Shown: positions 8,883 to 17,287 of the stretch, piece by piece
Position numbering within the stretch: position 1 is the stretch's first letter
Layout of the letters: the number at the start of each line of letters is the position of its first letter
Origin: an uncultured Hyphomicrobium sp.
GTDB lineage: Bacteria; Pseudomonadota; Alphaproteobacteria; Rhizobiales; Hyphomicrobiaceae
Assembly (NCBI GenBank): GCA_964655725.1
Contig: CAZZPH010000001.1
Location: forward strand, 1 to 35,693
Reading direction: 5' to 3'
DNA: 35,693 nucleotides
Translations under genes and position numbers: made by a program
Notes under the pieces: model-generated
Databases searched by the model: none
What the model was told of the DNA's origin: nothing
The model's input: the letters and a program-made list of their open reading frames with translations, nothing else

Positions 8883-10685
8883 ATGCTTTCAACTCGTCTG
8901 GCATCGGTCTGTGGCATAGCGGTTCTGGCTTGCCTCAGCATTGCAAGCCTGGCTGTTCCCGCTGAACCCGCCCGCGCCCAGGGCCTGTTCGATTACGGAT
9001 ATTCGAACGCGCAGATTTCCAACGCAAAGAAGCGCCAGGAGCAGCGCCGCCGTGAGCAGCGCCGCCGGCAGCAAGAACGCGCAAACGGCAACGCAGGACA
9101 AACCTCATCGAAAAAGCCGGCAGCCGCCGCCCTCTCCAGGCAGCCCGATGGACCGCTCGTTCTTAATGTCTCGCTGCGGCGCCAACGCATATCGGTCTAT
9201 GACGCGAACGGTTTGCTGACTGAAGCGCCGATCTCATCGGGCCGTATCGGCTACAATACGCCAACAGGCGTTTTCTCGATCCTGCAGAAGAACAGGACGC
9301 ACTTCTCCAATCTCTACGATAGCGCTCCGATGCCGAACATGCAGCGGATCACTTGGTCGGGCGTGGCGCTTCACGCAGGTCAATTGCCGGGCTACCCCGC
9401 ATCTCATGGCTGCATCCGCCTGCCCCATGCGTTCTCGCGCAAGCTGTTTGAGATCACAAAAATGGGCACACGTGTGATCGTCACACAGGACCCCGTGGAG
9501 CCCGCGAGGTTCGCCCATGATCGTCTGTTCCGCGCCCATCCATCCGAAGCGCCTCCTGCCCTTGCTCAAGCGAATGCAACCCATGCGCTGCTGCCATCGG
9601 GCGAAACTCGCCTTGCCGACGCATCCGCTTCGACGCTGGACAGCGTGACCGGAGGCGTCAACGAGATGGTGGGTGTAACGACGGCCCACGCCTCAGATAA
9701 GTCAGCATCCAAGAGCCCGCTCGAAATCCTGCGCGCACAGCGCATCGAAGGACTTGCGCGCCTTGAGGCCGCAGTGGGCGAAACACAGTCGGCGAAGGAA
9801 ACAGCAGCCGAACTCGCACGAACCGCCAAAGAGGCCGCGGACGAAGCGAAAGCAGCAGTTCGAGAGGCAAAGGCAGAGTTCGACCGTCTCGCTGCAAATG
9901 CGCGGAAAGCGGCTGCGGCCCGGGATCAGGCCGCGAAAAAGCTGGAAGGCTTCGATCGCAGCCTCGCGCGCAAATCAGAGCTGACCGAGGCCGAGGTCGA
10001 GAAAGCCAGCGCGACCGAAGTTACCCTGGAAAACCAGGTCATGGACCTCGAGGACGCCGCAGACAAGGCGCACATCGAAGCCGAAGCAGCCGAGAAGGCT
10101 TATGAAGCAGCCCAGGCCGCGGCGGCGACCGCGGAAGAGGAGCGCCTCGCAGCCAACACGCGGCTGAAAGAGGCCGAGGCAGCCGTCACCACCGCCCGCG
10201 AGGCCGACGCAGCAGCCAAACGCCGCGAAACCAAGCGCAACCACCCCATTCACGTCTTCATCAGCCGCAAGACCGGCAAGATTTACGCGCGGCAGGGCTA
10301 CGAGCCGATCCTCGAAGCACCGGTGACGATCACCGACCCCGACCGGCTGATGGGCACCCATGTTTTCACGGCGCTGGCGGTTGGCGAGACGGATCAGGCG
10401 GTCACGTGGAACGTGACATCCATCCCCACCACCCCGCCCTCCAGTGGGGGACAAGCAAAAAACAAGAAGCAACGTGAAGCTCAGGCTGCGGCTGCGGCAG
10501 CCTTGGCCGCAGAAGCGCGCAAACTTCAAACGCCCGATGAGGCACTTGCGCGGATCACCATCCCGGACGACATCCGCCTCAAAATCGAGGATGTCTTGAA
10601 GACCGGGTCTTCCCTCATCGTCTCCGACAACGGGCTCAGCAACGAGACCGGCAAATTCACGGACTTCATCGTACCCGTACGTTGA
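8883..10685 (+). CDS. L,D-transpeptidase (YkuD) family protein with a long Ala/Glu-rich coiled-coil and a C-terminal YkuD-like remnant
   Basis: Start at ATG 8883 gives signal peptide MLSTRLASVCGIAVLACLSIASLAVPAEPARA; the track start GTG 8841 is possible. The catalytic YkuD block is ...TPTGVFSILQK...ALHAGQLPGYPASHGCIRLPH.... About 200 aa of low-complexity helical sequence (EAAKAAVREAKAEFDRLAANARKAAAARDQAAKK...) follows. Confidence 0.88.
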   Translation: MLSTRLASVCGIAVLACLSIASLAVPAEPARAQGLFDYGYSNAQISNAKKRQEQRRREQRRRQQERANGNAGQTSSKKPAAAALSRQPDGPLVLNVSLRRQRISVYDANGLLTEAPISSGRIGYNTPTGVFSILQKNRTHFSNLYDSAPMPNMQRITWSGVALHAGQLPGYPASHGCIRLPHAFSRKLFEITKMGTRVIVTQDPVEPARFAHDRLFRAHPSEAPPALAQANATHALLPSGETRLADASASTLDSVTGGVNEMVGVTTAHASDKSASKSPLEILRAQRIEGLARLEAAVGETQSAKETAAELARTAKEAADEAKAAVREAKAEFDRLAANARKAAAARDQAAKKLEGFDRSLARKSELTEAEVEKASATEVTLENQVMDLEDAADKAHIEAEAAEKAYEAAQAAAATAEEERLAANTRLKEAEAAVTTAREADAAAKRRETKRNHPIHVFISRKTGKIYARQGYEPILEAPVTITDPDRLMGTHVFTALAVGETDQAVTWNVTSIPTTPPSSGGQAKNKKQREAQAAAAAALAAEARKLQTPDEALARITIPDDIRLKIEDVLKTGSSLIVSDNGLSNETGKFTDFIVPVR

Positions 10686-10712
10686 GTGTAGTCCGTTGGG
10701 GGTGGCCCGTTA

Positions 10713-10742
10713 AGCGCTGTCCCCTTGAGCGCTGTCCCCTTG
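10713..10742. repeat. Perfect 15-bp tandem duplication (AGCGCTGTCCCCTTG x2) downstream of the L,D-transpeptidase gene
   Basis: Read directly: 10713-10727 equals 10728-10742, followed by AG, the first 2 nt of a third unit. It lies in the convergent ldt/nnrU intergenic region. Confidence 0.9.
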
Positions 10743-10946
10743 AGTTCCGGTCCGCCGATATCGCGCGTCACCGAGCGGTGCTGAGGATCGCTCCTCTAAC
10801 CCTGCGGGATTGAGCAGGCCTCGTGGCGTCCCCTACGTTGCATCAGTCCTGGACCTGAACCCAGCATGGCGCGCACCCAACCGCGCGCGCCATATCCGCA
10901 TCGATATTCTCGTCCTTGGTATTAGAACTGAACCCGTGTCCAGGGC

Positions 10947-11531
10947 TCACGCCGGCAGTAGCGGTACACCGATCAGCCAGGCGTGTCCGACGTGGAGCAT
11001 CAGGGCGTAGAGCGCGATGCCCACGATGACCACGGCCGCGTCGTTCATGATGCTCCCTGTCGCGGCTCCGAGCGGTCCCATTGCTCCGCGCTTCTTGACC
11101 GATATCCGGTCGTAGACGGCGTAGGCGAGAAACGACCCGAACAGGACAACCGAACCAAGATCGCCGTTGGAAATGAGATGGGCCAGCGCCCAGACCTTGA
11201 TGGCGGCCAGCATCGGGTGCTTCAGGGCGGTCCGGATGCGCGATGGAATATACGCCGCCACCAGGAAGATCATGGCCGGCAGCATTAAAAGCCAAGTGAC
11301 ATGGTGGGTCCACTGCGGTGCGTCCCACAAGATGACGTTCTTGCCCGGGTTCAGCTGGAGCTTGTGATACCCCATGACGATCAGGACCAATCCAGCGAGC
11401 GATACCAGGGCGAAGATCGCCTTGTACGGCGTCGCACCGAAACGGCGGATCAGACCATCGCGCAGATCAGGCGAGGTCGGAACCAAATGGATCGCGAAGA
11501 AAACGGCGAGACCGACGATCAGCAGCAGCAT
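10947..11531 (-). CDS. NnrU family membrane protein
   Basis: Track ORF 10947..11630 trimmed to Met 11531 (MLLLIVGLAVFFAIHLVPTSPDLRDGLIRRFG...), the typical NnrU N-terminus. GGAGA lies 8 nt upstream. Polytopic, with WALAHLISNGDLGS and AYAVYDRISVKKRG blocks. Confidence 0.8.
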   Translation of the reverse strand: MLLLIVGLAVFFAIHLVPTSPDLRDGLIRRFGATPYKAIFALVSLAGLVLIVMGYHKLQLNPGKNVILWDAPQWTHHVTWLLMLPAMIFLVAAYIPSRIRTALKHPMLAAIKVWALAHLISNGDLGSVVLFGSFLAYAVYDRISVKKRGAMGPLGAATGSIMNDAAVVIVGIALYALMLHVGHAWLIGVPLLPA

Positions 11532-11965
11532 TCCAAAAGTCTCCGAGACGAGGGCGGGCTGAGCAGACCCCAGCACAAGGAGCATACTTGACCTGTTTTG
11601 CGCCGCAAATCCAGCCAATGCCGAAGACACGGGCGCCCGCGCTAAATCGCATTCTCGTCCAGGGCCAGGCCAAGCGATCGCCTGACATCCGATTGTCGTC
11701 CGGCTTGCCGGCCGGCTGAGGTGCCGAGATTGCCCTTGCCGTGCTCCATCGGTCTGTATACGCTGCCTTCAGCCGCTGCTGAGGGTCAGCGGCTGAGACG
11801 GTGTCGGATGTATCGTGCGTACCTGTGGCTGGGCCGGTGGCCTGATGCAGGATCGAGCCGAAGTGTCTTGGATTTCCAGGGTCGTTTCAGTGTCTTCGAC
11901 CCATGGTTCCGATCCGAACGCGGCAGCGGTCGTTTCACACCGATGAGCTCCATCGGAAGAGTGAC

Positions 11966-12457
11966 ATGCTCCAAATCGAACCCTCCCTCCAGCCGCCGAG
12001 CAAAGGCTCTCATCCCTCACGTCAATCCGATGCGCCGAGCATCCAGAGCGTCGAGGAAAGTGCCGACGAACTGGCACGCCTTGTCTGCGACCTCGACCGG
12101 CTTCTCAAGCCATCGCCATCGGCAAGGGCGGCAAACTGGGTTCACAACGTCTCGTTCAGCGAAAAACCTGAACCGTCATCTCACCTGCACAGCGAATCCG
12201 CGTTCGACTGGATCAGCGATCACGATCGCGGTGACGGCTCCGGCACAGCCGGCGGTATCGTCCAAGCGGAACAATGGGTCCGCAAGGCGCGGCGCGAACG
12301 GCGCTGGCATCGCGCTCGCAACGCTTCAGCCTGGCTGTTATCCATCGCTGTCGTATGCTGCGGATTGGCACTGTCCGCCTACCTTATTCTTGGCCACCTT
12401 CCCGACCCGGCTGATATTGGCGCGCTTCTGGACGGCTACAGCCTGCCCGTCTTCTAA
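11966..12457 (+). CDS. Hypothetical single-pass membrane protein (orphan)
   Basis: This is the frame of track ORF 11903..12457. Codon third positions are GC-rich like neighbouring genes, unlike the overlapping frame 11721..12488. The likely start is ATG 11966 (MLQIEPSLQ...), preceded by GGAAGAG. A basic stretch (RKARRERRWHRARN) is followed by a TM helix (AWLLSIAVVCCGLALSAYLIL). I recognised no family. Confidence 0.5.
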   Translation: MLQIEPSLQPPSKGSHPSRQSDAPSIQSVEESADELARLVCDLDRLLKPSPSARAANWVHNVSFSEKPEPSSHLHSESAFDWISDHDRGDGSGTAGGIVQAEQWVRKARRERRWHRARNASAWLLSIAVVCCGLALSAYLILGHLPDPADIGALLDGYSLPVF

Positions 12458-12558
12458 GGCCGAGCGCCCGTCTCCATCCCGCCTGTGACCCGACCGGGCC
12501 CGGCGCATGGCACCTTCAAGTTGGAGTTCGGTGGCGTCGCGCAGGCCCGAATCGCGCT

Positions 12559-13302
12559 ATGGCCTGGGGAGAACCCCTGAACTGGCCGAGATCCGCCACC
12601 CCGATGGGACAAACCGCAGACAACACCGCGGCACATGCGATGCGCTCGCCGTTTCTGATTTCGTCAGCGGACCCCTTCGGCGCTGAGCGAAAACGCTCTG
12701 GCCCCGAGGCCGCCGCCCCGCCACAGCCACGCAGCTTGACGCGCGATGCCGATAGCCTCACCGCGATGATGCGTTTGGTGAAAGCGGCACGTTTCAACGC
12801 GGCTGAACGCCTCGAGCGCAAGGGCACTGTCTCGCTGTTCACACAATCGACGGTGGCGCTCTACTTCGTGGGGCTGGCCGTGTGGCAGGCGGTCTACGCC
12901 GGCCAGATCGACGACGCGACCGGACGGCTGATGACATTCATCCAGCTCGTCGCTTCGGTCTTCACCCTCATTCTTGGATTGCTCGAAGCCTTGAACGACC
13001 ACAAGATGAAGGCCCACCATCTGCACCATTGCGCGCTTGGCGTGGCGGAGCTGGCGCAAGAATTGAAACTCGCGCGCCCGACGGATATGCGTGTCCTGCA
13101 AGACTATCGCCGCCGCTACAACGAGCTTCTGCGCGGCTGCCCGGTCAATCACAACCGCATCGATTACCTGTTCGCCAAGCTCGATGGGAAGGGCAAGCGG
13201 TGGGAATGGACGATTGTTTACGGCCGCTACGTTCTCGACGTCTACGGCCTTTACACGGTCTTTCTGGTCGTCCCGCCACTGCTGTGGTGGTTGCACGCTT
13301 AA
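12559..13302 (+). CDS. SLATT-like 2TM domain protein (putative membrane effector); start uncertain (12559, 12604, 12640 or 12766)
   Basis: The core reads MMRLVKAARFNAAERLERKG, then TM1 (VSLFTQSTVALYFVGLAVWQAVY), TM2 (LMTFIQLVASVFTLILGLLEAL), then a helical tail HKMKAHHLHHCALGVAELAQELK...YRRRYNELLRGCPVNHNRIDYLFAK, and a further C-terminal hydrophobic helix. The ARFNAxERL helix plus two TM helices plus an NHxxxDY tail matches my memory of the standalone SLATT family. No HMM search has confirmed this. Confidence 0.6.
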   Translation: MAWGEPLNWPRSATPMGQTADNTAAHAMRSPFLISSADPFGAERKRSGPEAAAPPQPRSLTRDADSLTAMMRLVKAARFNAAERLERKGTVSLFTQSTVALYFVGLAVWQAVYAGQIDDATGRLMTFIQLVASVFTLILGLLEALNDHKMKAHHLHHCALGVAELAQELKLARPTDMRVLQDYRRRYNELLRGCPVNHNRIDYLFAKLDGKGKRWEWTIVYGRYVLDVYGLYTVFLVVPPLLWWLHA

Positions 13303-13308
13303 AGCGGC

Positions 13309-14724
13309 TCAGCCCGCTGGATCATCCACGAATTCGGCCCAGAGATCTGTCTCGTCCGCATCCTCGACACGAGCTGTCACAAGATCACCCGGTTTCAATC
13401 CGTGCACCCCGTCGAGGAAGACGCTGCCGTCAATTTCCGGCGCGTCCCATCTGGAGCGGCCAATCGCTCCCTCCTCGTCCACTTCGTCGATCAGCACCTC
13501 AATCTGGCGGCCAATCTTACCAGCAAGCCGCTGCGCCGAGATCGCTTGCTGCGCCGCCATGAAGCGGTGCCAGCGCTCCTCTTTCAGCTCCTCCGCCACC
13601 GCGCCTGGAAGATCGTTAGCTTTGGCACCCGCCACCGGCTCATACTTGAAACACCCCGCACGATCGATACCTGCCTCAGCCAGCCACGCGAGAAGAACCT
13701 CGAAATCCTCCTCTGTCTCCCCGGGAAAACCGACGATGAATGTCGAGCGAAGGGCCAGATCGGGACATGTTCTGCGCCAGGCCTCGATGCGGGCCAGTGT
13801 CTTTTCCTGATGCTGCGGCCGGCGCATCGCCTTCAGGACGGAAGGAGATGCGTGCTGGAAAGGGATATCCAAGTACGGAAGGATGCGGCCCTCAGCCATC
13901 AATGGCAGCACGTCGTCCACATGCGGATAAGGGTAGACGTAGTGGAGCCGGACCCACACGCCGAGTTCGCCCAGCGCCGCACACAGATCGGCGAAGCGCG
14001 CGGCAACCGGCCGGCCTCTCCACGTGCCTTGCCGGTACTTGATATCGAGCCCATAGGCACTGGTATCCTGGCTGATAACCAGGATCTCCTTGACGCCGGC
14101 GTTGACCAGTCGCTCTGCCTCGGTGAGCACGTGTTCGATCGGGCGCGAGACGAGATCGCCGCGCAATCCCGGTATGATGCAGAATGAACAGCGGTTGTTG
14201 CAGCCTTCCGAAATCTTCAGGTAGGCGTAATGGCGTGGGGTCAGGCGAAGTCCCTCGGGCGGGACGAGATCCACGAAGGGATCATGCAGCGGCGGCACCG
14301 CATCGTGCACCGCGCTAACGACTTGCTCGTATTGATGCGGACCCGTGACGGCGAGCACACCGGGATGCCGGGCACGAATGGCCGCTTCGTCCACCCCCAT
14401 GCAGCCGGTTACAATTACCCGGCCATTCGCCGCCATGGCCTCGCCGATGGCGTCGAGACTTTCCTCTTTGGCGCTGTCGAGGAACCCGCAGGTATTGACC
14501 ACAACGACGTCGGCGCCGTCGTAGTCGGGCGCGAGGAGATATCCCTCCGACCTCAGTCGCGTGATGATGCGCTCCGAGTCGACGAGAGCTTTCGGGCAGC
14601 CCAGCGATACAAAGCCCACCTTGGGAATGCGGTCATTCTGGCGCAGACCGGTCCCGCGCTGCGTTTCGCTGTCAGCGCCGGACACTCGCAGGCCATCTTC
14701 GACCCGTCTGGACTTCTCAGCCAT
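13309..14724 (-). CDS. rimO: Ribosomal protein S12 methylthiotransferase
   Basis: N-terminal MTTase block [18 protein letters not shown], radical-SAM cluster motif [13 protein letters not shown], and a C-terminal TRAM-like region ([26 protein letters not shown]). Confidence 0.92.
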   Translation of the reverse strand: MAEKSRRVEDGLRVSGADSETQRGTGLRQNDRIPKVGFVSLGCPKALVDSERIITRLRSEGYLLAPDYDGADVVVVNTCGFLDSAKEESLDAIGEAMAANGRVIVTGCMGVDEAAIRARHPGVLAVTGPHQYEQVVSAVHDAVPPLHDPFVDLVPPEGLRLTPRHYAYLKISEGCNNRCSFCIIPGLRGDLVSRPIEHVLTEAERLVNAGVKEILVISQDTSAYGLDIKYRQGTWRGRPVAARFADLCAALGELGVWVRLHYVYPYPHVDDVLPLMAEGRILPYLDIPFQHASPSVLKAMRRPQHQEKTLARIEAWRRTCPDLALRSTFIVGFPGETEEDFEVLLAWLAEAGIDRAGCFKYEPVAGAKANDLPGAVAEELKEERWHRFMAAQQAISAQRLAGKIGRQIEVLIDEVDEEGAIGRSRWDAPEIDGSVFLDGVHGLKPGDLVTARVEDADETDLWAEFVDDPAG

Positions 14725-14758
14725 GCGGCCCTGTTCTCAGATTGAGAGGAATCCGGTG

Positions 14759-15520
14759 CTATTCGGCGCCCGGCTCGTCCGCGTCCTCGGTCTCAGTGCT
14801 TTTCATCTGGCGCAGCTTCGCCAACACGCGCGCCGCTTCTTCCGATTCGGTCTCTGCGCGCGGTTCTTCTGCCTCACGCGCCTGGACAATTTCGGCCGTC
14901 GGCCGAGATGGCGCTTCGGTCGTTTCCTCGGCGGACAGAAGTGTGCCGGCCTTCTGGGCGGACGGCAGCTGATCCTGACGATCTCGCTCCATGCGCCGGG
15001 CGGCCTTCCTGACCTCCGCATCGAGATCGATCTGTGAGCACAGGCCCATGGTCACAGGGTCCTGCGGCACCAGATTGGGAGCGTTCCAGTGCGTCCGGTC
15101 GCGGATCTGGGCAATCGTCGGCTTGGTCGTGCCAACGAGCCGCATGATCTGGCTGTCTTTCAGTTCGGGGTGATTGCGCAACAGCCAAAGCACGGCATTG
15201 GGACGATCGTGGCGGCGCGAGACCGGCGTATACCGCGGCCGTTTCTTGCTCGTCGGCTGCTGGAGCGTGACCTTCATCTCGGACAGGCGCAGCACATGGC
15301 CTGCATCCTTCTCACCGAGTTCGATTTCCTCGCGGGTCAACTGGTTTGAGGTCACCGGATCAAGGCCCTTGATCCCGTGCGCCACGTCACCGTCAGCAAT
15401 GCCTTTGACCTCAAGAACATGAAGGCCGCAGAACTCGGCGATCTGCTCGAACGTCAAGGACGTGTTGGCCACCAGCCAGACGGCGGTTGCCTTGGGCATC
15501 AGGGGTTTTCTGTCGGCCAT
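14759..15520 (-). CDS. DUF1013 domain protein (TrcR-like cell-cycle transcriptional regulator family)
   Basis: N-terminus MADRKPLMPKATAVWLVANTSLTFEQIAEFCGLHVLEVKGIADGDVA and later RPNAVLWLLRNHPELKDSQIMRLVGTTKPTIAQIRDRTHWN match the conserved alphaproteobacterial DUF1013 family as I remember it. Acidic C-terminal tail. It lies 34 nt upstream of rimO on the same strand. Confidence 0.8.
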   Translation of the reverse strand: MADRKPLMPKATAVWLVANTSLTFEQIAEFCGLHVLEVKGIADGDVAHGIKGLDPVTSNQLTREEIELGEKDAGHVLRLSEMKVTLQQPTSKKRPRYTPVSRRHDRPNAVLWLLRNHPELKDSQIMRLVGTTKPTIAQIRDRTHWNAPNLVPQDPVTMGLCSQIDLDAEVRKAARRMERDRQDQLPSAQKAGTLLSAEETTEAPSRPTAEIVQAREAEEPRAETESEEAARVLAKLRQMKSTETEDADEPGAE

Positions 15521-15836
15521 GGAGGTTCCATTCCTGGCTTGCGGGGTCAGGGCGACCGCGCCAGCCGACTTCGAGTTAGAAACTTTGGGAGTTGCCGCAT
15601 ATAGCCCGGAAATTGGGCAAATAGCAACCCTGTCCGCACGTCAGGCCACCCCACGAGCCAAGCCGGGGGCCCTCCGGCCGACCCCGGCACGCCACGGGGC
15701 TCGTTTGCCTGAGCGTGCCCGGTTGAACCATTCCGGTGAATGGACATTGCCCCGGACCGGTCAGGGCGATAGTGTCCCGGCGCCTTGCGGGGCTCGCCCT
15801 CGCGCATGAACGATATGGAACGGGGGACAACTTCAC

Positions 15837-16277
15837 ATGATGCCAACCGCTGGCAAAACGTATTTCTTCGAGGATCTGAGCGTCGGCATGGAAGCCTTCA
15901 TGTCGCGAACGGTCAGCGAGGCCGACATCGTCGCATATGCGGCGCTCTCGGGCGACTACAATCCCATCCACCTCGATGCCGACTATGCCGCGCGCACGCC
16001 GTTCAAGGCCCGGATCGCACACGGCATTCTCTCAGCCGGCTACATCTCCGCGGTCTTCGGAATGCAGCTGCCCGGTCCTGGATCGGTGTATATTTCGCAG
16101 ACGCTCAACTTCAAGGCGCCGGTCAAGATCGACGATGTCGTCGTCACGACAGTCAAGCTGATCGAGTTGATGCCCGAGCGCCGGCGGGCCAAGTTCGAGA
16201 CAATCTGCAGCGTAGGCGACAAGCCCGTGCTAACGGGCGAGGCGGTGCTGATGATCCCGTCGCGCGCAACGGGATAA
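15837..16277 (+). CDS. MaoC-like (R)-specific enoyl-CoA hydratase / hot-dog fold dehydratase
   Basis: Hot-dog hydratase motif YAALSGDYNPIHLDADYAARTPFKARIAHGIL; about 146 aa, typical of single-domain MaoC/PhaJ proteins. Confidence 0.88.
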   Translation: MMPTAGKTYFFEDLSVGMEAFMSRTVSEADIVAYAALSGDYNPIHLDADYAARTPFKARIAHGILSAGYISAVFGMQLPGPGSVYISQTLNFKAPVKIDDVVVTTVKLIELMPERRRAKFETICSVGDKPVLTGEAVLMIPSRATG

Positions 16278-16308
16278 ACCCCTATCGAGCACCACAATCG
16301 CGGAACCG

Positions 16309-17244
16309 GTGACGACGATGATTGCTTGCCATGGCTGGAAGGAACTCCCTGAGGCCGTCAAGAACAGCGCCGTTGCAATCGGCAACTTCGATGGCGTCCA
16401 CCGCGGACACCGCGCCCTGATTGACACCGTCCAGGATGCCGGGCGCCGCTCGGCGTGCCGCTCGGGTGTCATGGTATTCGAACCCCATCCGCGCGAGTAT
16501 TTTCATCCGGAGGAACTACACTTCCGCCTGACGCCGCTCGAATCGAAGCTGGAACTTCTGGAAGGTCTGGGCCTCGACTTTGCCGTCGTGGTGCCCTTCG
16601 ACGCGGAACTGGCCAGTATGGAGTTCTTCGAGTTCACCGACATGGTCCTCGTTGAAGCTCTGGCTGTGCGGCACGTCGTGGTCGGCTACGATTTCTATTA
16701 TGGCCGCAATCGCCGCGGCAGCCCAGAATCCATGATCCTGACCGGCATCGAGCACGATTTCGAGGTCACGGTTGTCCCGCCGGTGGCCGAAGGGGGAGAG
16801 GTCTTCTCGTCCAGTGCGATCCGGTTCAAACTCGCTCAGGGCGACGTGGAGGGTGCCGCTCGCGATCTAGGCCGCCGCTGGCGTGTCAAGGGTTCGGTCG
16901 AGGGCGGTGCGAAGCGTGGCACAGGCCTGGGCTACCCGACCGCCAACCTGCCTCTGCCCCGCGGCACGGCACTCGCTCATGGGATCTACGCCGTTCGCGT
17001 CCACGTGAACGGACAGGCGATGAACGGCGCCGCCTATCTCGGCACGCGGCCGACATTCGACAATGGACCACCGGTGCTGGAGGTTTTTCTGATCGACTTC
17101 GAAGGGGATCTCTACGGAACCAGCATCGAGGTTGAATTCGTCGCCTTCCTGCGCAGCGACCGCAAATTCGATAACCCAGACGAACTCGTGCGTCAGATGG
17201 ACCACGACATTGCCGGCGCACGCGCTATTCTAGGCAGGACCTGA
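16309..17244 (+). CDS. ribF: Bifunctional riboflavin kinase / FMN adenylyltransferase
   Basis: AIGNFDGVHRGH (FAD synthetase HxGH-type motif), SSSAIR, and kinase part GGAKRGTGLGYPTANL...YGTSIEVEF. The start is GTG 16309 or ATG 16318. Confidence 0.92.
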   Translation: MTTMIACHGWKELPEAVKNSAVAIGNFDGVHRGHRALIDTVQDAGRRSACRSGVMVFEPHPREYFHPEELHFRLTPLESKLELLEGLGLDFAVVVPFDAELASMEFFEFTDMVLVEALAVRHVVVGYDFYYGRNRRGSPESMILTGIEHDFEVTVVPPVAEGGEVFSSSAIRFKLAQGDVEGAARDLGRRWRVKGSVEGGAKRGTGLGYPTANLPLPRGTALAHGIYAVRVHVNGQAMNGAAYLGTRPTFDNGPPVLEVFLIDFEGDLYGTSIEVEFVAFLRSDRKFDNPDELVRQMDHDIAGARAILGRT

Positions 17245-17287
17245 CCCCCATCGACAAAAGCCGGCACTGGAGCCGGAGCTGATCGAA

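Noticed and set aside
10866-10893. GC-rich hairpin (ATGGCGCGC / GCGCGCCAT) between the convergent ldt and nnrU genes, considered as a bidirectional terminator.
   Set aside because: There is no U-tract on either strand after the stem, so it does not meet the intrinsic-terminator pattern. I mention it only within the tandem-repeat finding.
12664-13296. 210-aa minus-strand ORF antisense to the SLATT-like gene.
   Set aside because: The plus-strand frame yields well-formed TM helices and a recognisable motif pattern. The minus-strand product is low-complexity.
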